Source: a virus
Lineage: Duplodnaviria; Caudoviricetes
IMG/VR virus record: IMGVR_UViG_3300010297_000029
Coordinates: 1 to 34,608 of that record
Direction: 5' to 3' (one strand)
Length of the DNA stretch: 34,608 bases
The position numbers were made by a program, and so were the translations under genes. Of this stretch, positions 8,301 to 17,500 are shown one piece after another. The notes below the pieces were generated by a model that saw only the letters and a program-made list of their open reading frames with translations, did not search any database and was not told the origin of the DNA. How positions within the stretch are numbered: position 1 is the stretch's first letter; every line of letters starts with the position of its first letter.

Positions 8301-11300
8301 CTAAGGCGCATACCTGTTCTAATATATCCAACAAATGCAGATTGGTTACTTTCTGATAAAGTTCTTGTATCTACATTCAGAATAATTGAAGAACTAGAAT
8401 AGTTTTGTGGAACGGTGTAGTTTTCATCATATGGACTTGTAGTAAATACGTCAGTTGGATTGTCAATTGGACCATATTTGTGGTTAGATTGTGCAACCTT
8501 AAATGATATTGTTGGTGAGGAAGCTCCAGTTACAGGTGTAGAACTAGTTGGCATAGAACCTGTTATAGTTTCACCTACACTGAATGATCCACTAATCATT
8601 CTAATTTCAATTAATTTTGGAACTATAAATCCATTTACATCTTCACCATCAAAGAATCCATATACTCTTGTGCGGGGTTTGAACTTTCTTCCAGTAAATT
8701 CAATATTTCGTGATCTCATAAATGCGATCACATCAGTACTTACTACTCTATCACCTTCATTAATGGTCTCAGTCTGTTCGGAAAGTCTTAATTGATCTCC
8801 TGCTCTCGTTTCTGTACCTGTTTGTGTAGTGGTTGTGGTTGTAGTAGTCTCTAATTGACTGGTTGTTACAAGAGCACTGCCATTATTTGAAGTAGAAGTT
8901 GAAGTTACAACAGTACTACTGGTTGAAGTACTACTTGAACCAGTCCAAGTAGCAGCCCATGCTCCCCAACGAACTGGTCCAAGACCTGTTTGAGGATCAT
9001 AACCATCAAACTCAAGTTGCAATCTAGTTTGAGTGTAATCATCAACCTCTATTTGTTGAGGTGCTAATCTTACCTGATCAATCCAGATATCGGAGGATGG
9101 GAATAACTCAATATTACCATTATATACAGTAACAAGATATGGAACAACGTTTTCAATTCTAGTTGCAAAAGGTTGTTCAATTTCTAAACCAGAAACATAA
9201 TCAATAGTAAGAAGTTGACCAGTTCTTCTAAAGTTTGATCCAACAAGGTCTGTGGCAAACGCTGGGCTTATGTTTTGATTTGCGGTTGTTCCAATACCAA
9301 TCAGAGACTTTGATCCAACTAAGAGGTCAACTTGAGTTGTAAAGTGTGATGGACGTAATTCTGAATTAATTGGGTCAATACTATTAGTAATCTTTCCTGC
9401 TTTTAGTTGATTTCTAGTAGTTGTAAAATTATCGACAAATATACCAGATTTAAATCTAGTCAGTCCACTATCATCTGGAACAATTAGTGCTTCTGTTTTT
9501 GCTTCAAGTAAAGACAGTGCTGTATAGTACTCAAGGTTTTTAATTCTATCTTCAAGAAGTGCAATATCTTGCATTCTATATCTTTTATGCGATTTTAAAG
9601 ATATAGAAACGTTGTTTGCATTACATAGATACGGTGGTAATTTAATGGTAGCAACTTCTAATGCATTATCAATTGCAAGCGGAGGAAGTGGTGATTCTGA
9701 TGGAACACCTTTAATCAGTTGGAAACCGCCATCTGGATTAAAATAAAGTTTATCAATTCTTGGTAGATAATGTGAATATGTAAGGGTAATTGACTCATCT
9801 GATGCTAAAATGTTTTTAGCAGAGTTTGTTGCATCAGAAAAACTACGGGAATCAAATTCAAAAGGTGATTTTAAAGTTGAGTTTGGATCAAACCTGCGAA
9901 CTCTAGGTCTAATATCAAGAACGTCAGTAAGTCTAACTTTATTCTTAATAAAGGGAAGATCACAATAATTAAATTGATCATAAGATGATACTGTAGTAAT
10001 ATCACCTTCGGTGGAATCCGAGTATTCTGCAGATTCAAATATAACTCTTAATTTACCTCTAGGGTCTTTTGTATTTGGTTTTCTTACCAATCTCGAATAA
10101 TCTACAATAGTTTCTCTTTGACCAGCATCTAAAAGATACCTACTGAGAATATTGTCATCTCCTGGTGTAAAATCGCTTATGGTTCCAGTGATTCCTGTTG
10201 TTTGACTGATAATAGACTCATTAATTTCAAAACTAATATCGTTCAAATAAACGAATGCAATTTTAGATGAATTTGGTCTTTCTATAAAGAGACCAATTGC
10301 ACCACTATTCTTACCTACAATTTCTTCTCCGATGATGAAATCATCTGTTTTTCCAGAAGGTCCATTTAAATTAAATAATGTGATTTGTGGAAGAACGGGG
10401 TCATTTAAATCATCGGATTCAAAAACACCATATACCTTTACAACATCTGGTTCAAGTAAGCAAATTTCTCTATCTTGAACTCTGAGTCCATATCCATACG
10501 CACCATAGGTTAATCCATCATTTAATGTAGTAGATCCAATACCAGAAGAGGATAACTTGGATTTGTTTACAATAATTGAATTAGTTTTATTTGAATTTTT
10601 TACTTTATTTACTACTGAGGTCTTTTCAAGGGTTGTAATAAGTCTTGCTGAACCAGATACAGAAAGTCCAAAAATTCTTAACTCTCTATTACCATTACTA
10701 AATCTGAACTTGTCTTGAGTAAGTTCTTCAAATCCACCTTGACTATTAACTAAAACATATCTCTCTTCATCAAAGGGTAAGAATGTCTCATTCTCTCCCG
10801 CTTGAATTGTATTGGTAGCGTTTGCAGTAATAGTTACATTAAATTCTTTTCTAATACTCAGTTTGGATTGAGTTATATCTACGCTAGAAATAAATTCTTT
10901 GGGTAGGGGAGTGTAAAGTGTATTGTCTGATGATGATTGGAACCTTGCTCTTGCAATTGCAAAGTCTGAGGCATTGATGGTTGTTGTTGGAAGACCACCA
11001 TCATTAATATTCGCAACTGTAGTAATCCCAACAATAGTAATATTGTAATCGTCAATAACGCTTGTAACTTTTGCATATGTTTTTACATTAGTTGTTCCTA
11101 GTTGACTATTAGTAAATGAAACTAAATCTCCAGGTTTAATAGTATTTGGAAATTCTATATCTACAGAAGTTACAGTAGATATTCCAGGTGCAGAACCACT
11201 TTTTGGAGAAATTACTACAGATGGAAATCTAACAGCAGGATAAACTTTAGTGTCTGCATTAAATGTTTGTCCTGCACCAACAGAACTGTAAAGTGACTTA

Positions 11301-12928
11301 ACATCATTTACACTAAATGTTGTTACTGCAGTAGATATTCTGCCATTGTCAATACCGTTGAATACTAATTTTTCTCCTTTTAAAAAGGTTCCTTTTGTAT
11401 TATATGCAGTTACAATTCCAATAGATGTGTCAAATCTTAGGTGAGCAGTTGCTCCACTAGATTTACCCTCAATAAATGTAGGTACAGTAAGACTTACTGA
11501 TTGGTTCAAAGTCATTTCAGTATATGGTTGAATATCATACAATGTGATATCCCACTCATTTAAGTCACCAACAACTGATGAGTATGATCCAGACTCTAAG
11601 GCATAATCATATACTCTAGCAACTCCAATCTCCTTTCCAGAAGCAGTTGTGCTCGTAAGACCTATTCTAGAGTCTCGAAGACTTATTATTGAAGATGTGC
11701 TAAATCCAATTCTTGGAGCACCTACTACTCTATTGAGAGTTAATGTAGGACCAGTGAAGTAGTTAACTCCTTGATTTACTAATGTTTTTGTAGTTCTTGT
11801 TTTGGGGAAGTCTAAGTATTGGACAGTACGTGAATCGACTTCAAATCCTTTAATAAATGCCTTTCCTGGTGAAATCTTGTATGTTCCAAGATCTTCACTG
11901 GGAACATTATTATTGTATGTTAATTGATCTTTACTAAAAACTCCATTATTTCCTTTTCTATCATTAAGAGATTCTTTAGCATGAATAGAAAATGGTGTTA
12001 CATAAAAATCTCCAGATTGATCATATGTTCTTCTTGCAAGTTCATTTGCAAGTTGATTATATTCTGGTCTATCTTCAATGTGCTGAACAAAACCATTTCT
12101 GATTATCATCAACTCAACAAAATTTTCATTTTTTGTTGACTCTAATGGTCTTTTAGCAAGTACTGCAGATATTTTTAATCTATCTGCTCCAGGTGCCGCA
12201 TAGTTATTAAACCCCTTTGCGTTATCTGTAAGAGTACTGTCTTTTCCAGCAGATACGACTTCCTCATAAATCTCTAGTCCAACTCTATATGATGGTGTTG
12301 GACTATGAGCATCAAGGACTAAAGTCTGTCCTGGAACTTTTACAAATGTTCCTCTTAAAAAGTAAACACCTTCTGACAAGAATATTGCAGAACCATTTGA
12401 AATAGCATTAACAGGAGCAGTATTTGCAAAAGCTTGTCCTGCCTGAAAGTTAATGATAGATGTAGATAAGTTCTCTTCTAAGATAAGTGGTTCGTTATCA
12501 TCAAATACCTCTTTACCATCATTACCAGAACCAACATAATTTACAAAGAAAGTATAGAATCCTCTTTCGGATACTTGAACTCCTTCGTAAAATACAATTT
12601 TTGCTCTTACGTTTGATCGTTGACCCCTTACAAAAATATTGACAAGATCATCCGCATAGTTTTCAACCGCGATTCCAAGATATTCTGGTTCAACTTCTAC
12701 AGCAAACAAAGAGTTGTTGTAGTTGATTTGACCAGGAATAACAACAGAACCTTCTTTAAAAAGGTGTGTTCCTACCTGCTCAATTTGATCTTGTAATGTT
12801 GATTGTAATGTTGTTAATTCTCTTGCCTGAACTGGAAGTCCAGGTTTGAATAATACTTTATAATAATTTTTTTTCGGATCAAAGTCGTCAAAATAAGGTG
12901 ATACGTTGAGATTAGTTTCTTGTGGCAT
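5399..12928 (-). CDS. Large virion structural protein, VrlC-like / DUF4815 family (baseplate/tail associated), 2509 aa
   Basis: MPQETNLNVSPYFDDFD..KVLFKPG..VQARELT, APGADRL, LARRTYDQSGDF, RFKSGIFVDNF, DPLAQSF, GSLFKSQN..W..Q.EDLKF, C-terminal DLRVIALA. Located after gp8 as in cyanomyoviruses; AGGA Shine-Dalgarno upstream. Confidence 0.88.
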   Translation of the reverse strand: MPQETNLNVSPYFDDFDPKKNYYKVLFKPGLPVQARELTTLQSTLQDQIEQVGTHLFKEGSVVIPGQINYNNSLFAVEVEPEYLGIAVENYADDLVNIFVRGQRSNVRAKIVFYEGVQVSERGFYTFFVNYVGSGNDGKEVFDDNEPLILEENLSTSIINFQAGQAFANTAPVNAISNGSAIFLSEGVYFLRGTFVKVPGQTLVLDAHSPTPSYRVGLEIYEEVVSAGKDSTLTDNAKGFNNYAAPGADRLKISAVLAKRPLESTKNENFVELMIIRNGFVQHIEDRPEYNQLANELARRTYDQSGDFYVTPFSIHAKESLNDRKGNNGVFSKDQLTYNNNVPSEDLGTYKISPGKAFIKGFEVDSRTVQYLDFPKTRTTKTLVNQGVNYFTGPTLTLNRVVGAPRIGFSTSSIISLRDSRIGLTSTTASGKEIGVARVYDYALESGSYSSVVGDLNEWDITLYDIQPYTEMTLNQSVSLTVPTFIEGKSSGATAHLRFDTSIGIVTAYNTKGTFLKGEKLVFNGIDNGRISTAVTTFSVNDVKSLYSSVGAGQTFNADTKVYPAVRFPSVVISPKSGSAPGISTVTSVDIEFPNTIKPGDLVSFTNSQLGTTNVKTYAKVTSVIDDYNITIVGITTVANINDGGLPTTTINASDFAIARARFQSSSDNTLYTPLPKEFISSVDITQSKLSIRKEFNVTITANATNTIQAGENETFLPFDEERYVLVNSQGGFEELTQDKFRFSNGNRELRIFGLSVSGSARLITTLEKTSVVNKVKNSNKTNSIIVNKSKLSSSGIGSTTLNDGLTYGAYGYGLRVQDREICLLEPDVVKVYGVFESDDLNDPVLPQITLFNLNGPSGKTDDFIIGEEIVGKNSGAIGLFIERPNSSKIAFVYLNDISFEINESIISQTTGITGTISDFTPGDDNILSRYLLDAGQRETIVDYSRLVRKPNTKDPRGKLRVIFESAEYSDSTEGDITTVSSYDQFNYCDLPFIKNKVRLTDVLDIRPRVRRFDPNSTLKSPFEFDSRSFSDATNSAKNILASDESITLTYSHYLPRIDKLYFNPDGGFQLIKGVPSESPLPPLAIDNALEVATIKLPPYLCNANNVSISLKSHKRYRMQDIALLEDRIKNLEYYTALSLLEAKTEALIVPDDSGLTRFKSGIFVDNFTTTRNQLKAGKITNSIDPINSELRPSHFTTQVDLLVGSKSLIGIGTTANQNISPAFATDLVGSNFRRTGQLLTIDYVSGLEIEQPFATRIENVVPYLVTVYNGNIELFPSSDIWIDQVRLAPQQIEVDDYTQTRLQLEFDGYDPQTGLGPVRWGAWAATWTGSSSTSTSSTVVTSTSTSNNGSALVTTSQLETTTTTTTTQTGTETRAGDQLRLSEQTETINEGDRVVSTDVIAFMRSRNIEFTGRKFKPRTRVYGFFDGEDVNGFIVPKLIEIRMISGSFSVGETITGSMPTSSTPVTGASSPTISFKVAQSNHKYGPIDNPTDVFTTSPYDENYTVPQNYSSSSIILNVDTRTLSESNQSAFVGYIRTGMRLRGVTAEAEVIDVKLVSDNVGTVIGTFFIPDPNVPSNPSFEVGTKIFRLTSNSTNSAVGGLTSSSGESAYFASGTLSNVQETIRSTRKPRFEVVSASETRPATDVQVTTLVTNSTSTTVTPLPPPPPPPPPPPPRPAPRGKDPLAQSFTITDNPGAFVTEVDVYFRTRDPLLPVTVQLRPMIAGVPSAQVYPFGEVILDSKDVIETFDASIPTKVTFPAPVYLNGNTDHAIVLLSQSNEYTVWISRMGEVDISTLLQPESRQVVVSAQPVLGSLFKSQNGATWTASQYEDLKFNLYTAKFGDSATVSFFNPELNKGNQQIATLRKDALEFNSRKLIVTANDIINTSPFVEGNTIVQQNTSARGDYVGAGGSATGALTIVNAGIGYTPSDGNQFTFTNVPLVTFSGTGRNATADITIGSAGATNGVAIAATINNGGSGYQVGDVFTVDTIGNDQLGRNLQLSLPAITGINELILDNVQGDFELNASKPLQYISPTTGITTMTLVAGGNAIIDDFELASVAEDGLHIKVNHKNHGMHSTINIVKISDVGGDSKPTTLTTEYTNSDSTAISIASTAGFATFENVSVGATNPGYVRIDDEIIAYTGVANGQLTGITRGVDNTRTFTYQSNTRLQKYENNGISLRRINTNHYLQDSLVSRGIGLDYYYIRINTAANGVNRNTGSGFAKLYQTISKSSGGDRIHATQNIQYEAVRPIVQALNLPGTQTTATLKGITATSVDGNEISFQETEATPINLTEDTYLPEPRMIASRVNELEQLDNLPGNKSMEVTFTLSTANSAVSPVIDLDRVGMVLITNRVNSPITDYANDPRTSTLNEDPTAFIYANKPVELENAATSIKVLLSGYVNTFNDIRVFYSISNEPENNPLYYPFPGYNNIDTAGRIIDFAASNGLPNKRVPKTDILASDSANLPFRDYEFSIDNLPEFRYFTIKIVGTSTNQAYPPRFKDLRVIALA
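7904..7939 (-). repeat. (CCN)12 tract encoding 12 consecutive prolines
   Basis: Plus strand cggtggcggtggtggtggtggcggtggtgggggagg, immediately N-terminal to RPAPRGK-DPLAQSF. Confidence 0.95.
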
Positions 12929-12934
12929 AATCCT

Positions 12935-14518
12935 TTAAAATTGCAAAATAACTTTGATATCTTCTCTTTGATTTACTGACCTAGTAATAGATGGTCTATT
13001 ATCAACATAAAGAATGGTTCCAGAATATTTTTCTACTTCTGGATCCGCTACACCCTTAATAAATGTTTGTCCTAGGTAGTATGTCTTATTATTTATGACG
13101 GTACTTATACCTGGATTTGTATCAGTACCAAATCCCTGATCTATGTATAAGTCCTTACTACCACCAACAACTTTTAAAGAACCACCTGTCAGTGTGTCTG
13201 CTGTAAAGGGATTCAATTGGAATCCATAGGTTGCAAAAGACTTTTGTGTCCCATCAGTATTAAATCCAACAAGAGATCTGTCTTGCCAATAACGTAAAAC
13301 ACCAGTTTGTGCATCATAAGCAACCACTCTTCCAACAGCAGTAACACCTGTTCCCACAGTTTGAGTAATTACCGCATTTTGCTCAAATGTTGTTGACCGA
13401 TAATCATCTTCATTTGGCGATATTCCCTTTAGAACCAATCCCCTCAAAGTACTTAGTCTATCTTCAGTAAGAATGGTATTCGATTGGTATCCTCTTGGGT
13501 CTTCAACAATTCCAATTCTAGCAACAGCAGTTCCAGTAACAAAGTCTGGATTTTGCTCATCGTTCTCAATTCTGGAATAGATTAGAACGTTTGTAGATCC
13601 AAGTTCGGAGTAAATGTCTGCACCATGCCCACCAGGAGGTGGAATAACCACATCAAAAATAGGTGTATTTGATCCCGTTGGAACATTACCACCAATTAAA
13701 TCTACAGTACCATAAGTATATCCACTACCACCATTTGATATCGTAATTGATTCAACTTTAGAATCATTGTTTATGACAATAGTGCATTCTGCATCCGAAC
13801 CATCTCCTTTAATAGGAACCTTTGAATATGTTATATTTGGAGGACCAACTAAAAATCCTCTATCTCTAATAGTAACTGTTTTTAGTTGACCACTAGTGGA
13901 AGCATTATTTCTTACTGTTTGATAGTCTGAATTAGTTTCCCAATCTACAGGAACAGGAATAAAATTCAGAGAGTCAAATTTGATAACATCACTAGGACTA
14001 ATGGTATAAAGATACTTCCAGATATAACCGTCTCCACTAGTACCTGCTGCCCTTGGTTCTAAATCTGTGAATTTGGGTTCATCAAGAGAAGGTCTTCCAT
14101 TAGGGTTTTCTGGGTCAATTCCATTATTAAGGCAAATATAAACCCTAAATTCACTATTTACAACATAATAGTTTGATGCGTATAAACTTGTTTTGTTTGA
14201 TGGTTTCGACAAGTTATTTCTATTAACATCATGGCGATACATATCATAGATTGTAGCTGATGCCCAGGATACTTTTCTTACAACTGGACGAACATCATCG
14301 GCAGCAATTTTTTTCAACGCAATCATAGTATCCCAATATGTATTGGAATCGTCAAAACAATCTCTTGGGGAAGGTGGACTGACATTCCAGTTACCAGTTA
14401 CTTCTGTGGCATTTGGTAAACCGATAAAAGTATAGTATGATTTATTTGGGTCCCTAATCTTTTCGATAAAGGACCTGGCATTTTTAACTCTCAATAAGTC
14501 AGTTATAATAGCAGCCAT
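12935..14518 (-). CDS. gp8: Baseplate wedge subunit (T4 gp8-like)
   Basis: MAAIITD..RVKNA, YYVVNSEFRVYICL.N, DGYIWKYLYTI, C-terminal SGTILYVDNRPSITRSVNQREDIKVILQF. Confidence 0.92.
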   Translation of the reverse strand: MAAIITDLLRVKNARSFIEKIRDPNKSYYTFIGLPNATEVTGNWNVSPPSPRDCFDDSNTYWDTMIALKKIAADDVRPVVRKVSWASATIYDMYRHDVNRNNLSKPSNKTSLYASNYYVVNSEFRVYICLNNGIDPENPNGRPSLDEPKFTDLEPRAAGTSGDGYIWKYLYTISPSDVIKFDSLNFIPVPVDWETNSDYQTVRNNASTSGQLKTVTIRDRGFLVGPPNITYSKVPIKGDGSDAECTIVINNDSKVESITISNGGSGYTYGTVDLIGGNVPTGSNTPIFDVVIPPPGGHGADIYSELGSTNVLIYSRIENDEQNPDFVTGTAVARIGIVEDPRGYQSNTILTEDRLSTLRGLVLKGISPNEDDYRSTTFEQNAVITQTVGTGVTAVGRVVAYDAQTGVLRYWQDRSLVGFNTDGTQKSFATYGFQLNPFTADTLTGGSLKVVGGSKDLYIDQGFGTDTNPGISTVINNKTYYLGQTFIKGVADPEVEKYSGTILYVDNRPSITRSVNQREDIKVILQF

Positions 14519-14544
14519 TTCGGAAACAAACTTTTTCTATGATC

Positions 14545-14553
14545 TATTTATTA
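14545..14553 (-). promoter_or_regulatory. T4-type late promoter TAATAAATA upstream of gp8
   Basis: The ATAAATA box overlaps the gp7 stop and lies ~27 nt upstream of the gp8 ATG. Confidence 0.7.
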
Positions 14554-17500
14554 GTTGAGATAACCAAGATATTTAAGTGGATTTTTCCTTCTTATTGTTG
14601 GGTTTGTTAATATACCCACCTGTGATGTTCCATGTACCGCTGTCCAAGACTTATTGCCAGTTCTAACTGGAAGTCCTACCTTACCCCAAGTATATTCACC
14701 ATAGTATGCAGTTGTTGCAAGTCCAACAACATTATTAGATCCAGCACTTTGTAAAGCAACCACAACTGTTGTCACTGTAGTTCCAAATCCAACTGTACTT
14801 GCTAATCCAGTTATTCCTGCGGGAATAATCGAATCCTTCATGTACCAATCAATACATTCATACATCATATCTGCATTAATTGTAGAAATTCCGATTGCAG
14901 AACCATCCGCACTTAATGATGTTTGTGCTGCGCTGACAAAGTTAGTTCTGGTTAAGTTAAACAAATCGCCAGTAGTAATTCCTGACATAGTTATTGACAG
15001 ACTCTCTCTAATTTCAGAGTCAAAGGGAATAAACAAGTCAAGCGTAACTCCAATACTTGTTCCTGCACCTATAGTAGTCGTTCCAACCCCAACTACTATT
15101 CCATAATCACCCTGATAAGTCACAAATTGACACTCCTCAGGACCTCTCTTTGGTGGTGCAATAAGCACTTCTGGTGGTTCGATGTCAAGAACTGTAAATT
15201 TAATTGGAGCGGCAAGTGCCCACTTTCTTGATGTAGTTGCAAGACCAACATTATCATAAGTATCAACAAATAATGTATCTCCTTGTTGATAATTGGTGCC
15301 ACCTTCAAGAACAGTGAATGAAGCAACATTAAAATTCAATGTACTAATTTCAATGTCAGCAACTGCACCATATCCAATACCAGATTCTGTTTTGAGTCTT
15401 GCGGACCTAAAGAAGTTAGTTTGAGTATCTACTGGAGGGAATCCAGATCCTTGTTGTTTAAGAGTCATGGACTTCAGTGGTCCATAATAATAGTTTGTTC
15501 CTCCAGCACTTACAGTAGCAGTTGCTATTGATCCCCCAGCACCTATGGTTACTCCAGCAATTGCTTGTGTTCCATCTCCATATGGTTTTTGAATGGTGAC
15601 TTCTGGAGCAGAGGTATATCCATAACCAGGATTAGTAATTAGTATGTTGGATATTGATCCACCAGCACCAATTACTGCTTCTGCAGTTGCTGTTACAAGA
15701 TCTTCTCCAGAGACAATCTCAATTATACTTCTGTCTTGTACCGATATTCCCTCAAATGGATCATCAAATAGTGGTCTAATAGAATAAACATATACAGAAC
15801 TATCCGCTATTCCAATATTTGATATGATATTGGTTAATGGATTGATAATTGGTTCATAATAAACTCTGTCTTTACCGATAAAATTATTGTCAATGATCTT
15901 GTCTACAGTTTGTTTTGACCATGAAAGTGGTCTCTCAAAGAGTTCATTAAGGGTTACACCTTGACCAGCATAGTTATTTGTAATAACTTTATCTGCTGCT
16001 TTAATATCCATTACAAGTCTTGGATCTTGTGTGAATGTTGTATCATCATTACTGTAGAGTTGAACTTCATCGCCAATTTCAACTGAAGGGAGAACATCAA
16101 CAGTACGAACGTCAATTGATTGAGTACCAGTGTACATGAAGATTTTAGCTTTATCTCCTGTTGTACTAAATCCACTTATTCCACCTTTTGGTGCTTCAGT
16201 AAATCTTAAAGTACTACCTCCATTAAATTGATAACCTTCTCCAGGAGTTTGGAGAATATCATTTACAAATACAAGTAAGTTTGATTGTAAATTAATACCA
16301 GAGTTTGCTTTTGCAAAGAATGAAATACTCTCACCATTAACTGATAATGGGAACAATCTTCTCTGTCCATTAAAGAACGGATCAATTTCATCAAGAACAA
16401 TAAATTCTCCAACGTTCCATCCAGAGAACTTAGACTGGAATGTTCTGTCTACTGTTAACTCAAATGGTCTGTATGTTGCAAGTCCAACAAAAGTATGTGG
16501 GAATTGCTTTCCTACTGGTGATGGTCCAGCAAAAACTGTGATAGTATCAGAAGTATATGAGGTAATACCAACATCTTGGTTGGCAATGTTATTATCAATA
16601 CCAGGGCGTGGATATGCTAAAATTGCACTGTAAGAATCACTAGCACATCTGAATAGTAAAGATTCATTTGCTATTCTTACCGTATTTGCTGTTGTTAAAG
16701 TGTGTATGCCAATGGTTAATATGGATTCTCCAGATACTGGATCATATGTGGCGTCAGTGACTGAATAATAATTTGCCCCATCAAAAACAGGAGTAACTGC
16801 ATTTGAGGTTAATGTTGCAAATGTTGGAATACCTACTGTTCCTCCAATAGCAACAGTAAGGCGTTCTCCAGAACCATACCCATAACCAAAATTATTAATT
16901 TCAAAGTTTAGTATGGTACTATCCTTACTTGGAACCAGATCAACTGTTGCCCCAGTTCCAAATCCAACATCATCTGGATGGTATACCAATGGAACATTGT
17001 AATATGTTAATGGAGCATCGAACACAACGTCCAGTGGTCTAGTCACTGTACCACAACGCTTATATGCGTGAGTATATGGAGATGGACCAGAGTTTATAAT
17101 AAATGTATACTCGTCTTCAATCTTAGTAACTGCAGTTCCATTTGCAGCAGGATCTTGTCCCGTTGGTGAGTTATTGATCTGTCTTGGAGCAAGAATAATT
17201 TCTTCAACAATACCACCAGAATTGTAGAATGATTCTGCGGTAGTTACCCCAACGTTTATTTCAAAATCATATAAAGTGTTAATTCTAGTAACCTGAGTAC
17301 CACAATATGTTGGGTCTGTTACTCTTGGATGAGTAAGAATTCCAACCCCACCATCATATGAACATGTAAATGCAAGTCCAGTAAGGATTACGTCAGTGCC
17401 AACTTTTAATTTATGTCCAAGAGTTAAAGAACCACCACTTACATATTCATGAGGGATCGTAGAAATTCCTGCATTAAATGTAAGTGTGTACATATTAGGA

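Noticed and set aside
3043-13096. Intragenic ATAAATA boxes at 3043-3049 and 13090-13096
   Set aside because: They could be internal late promoters for gp15 and the VrlC-like gene, but a 7-mer in AT-rich coding DNA is expected by chance, so they are not called.
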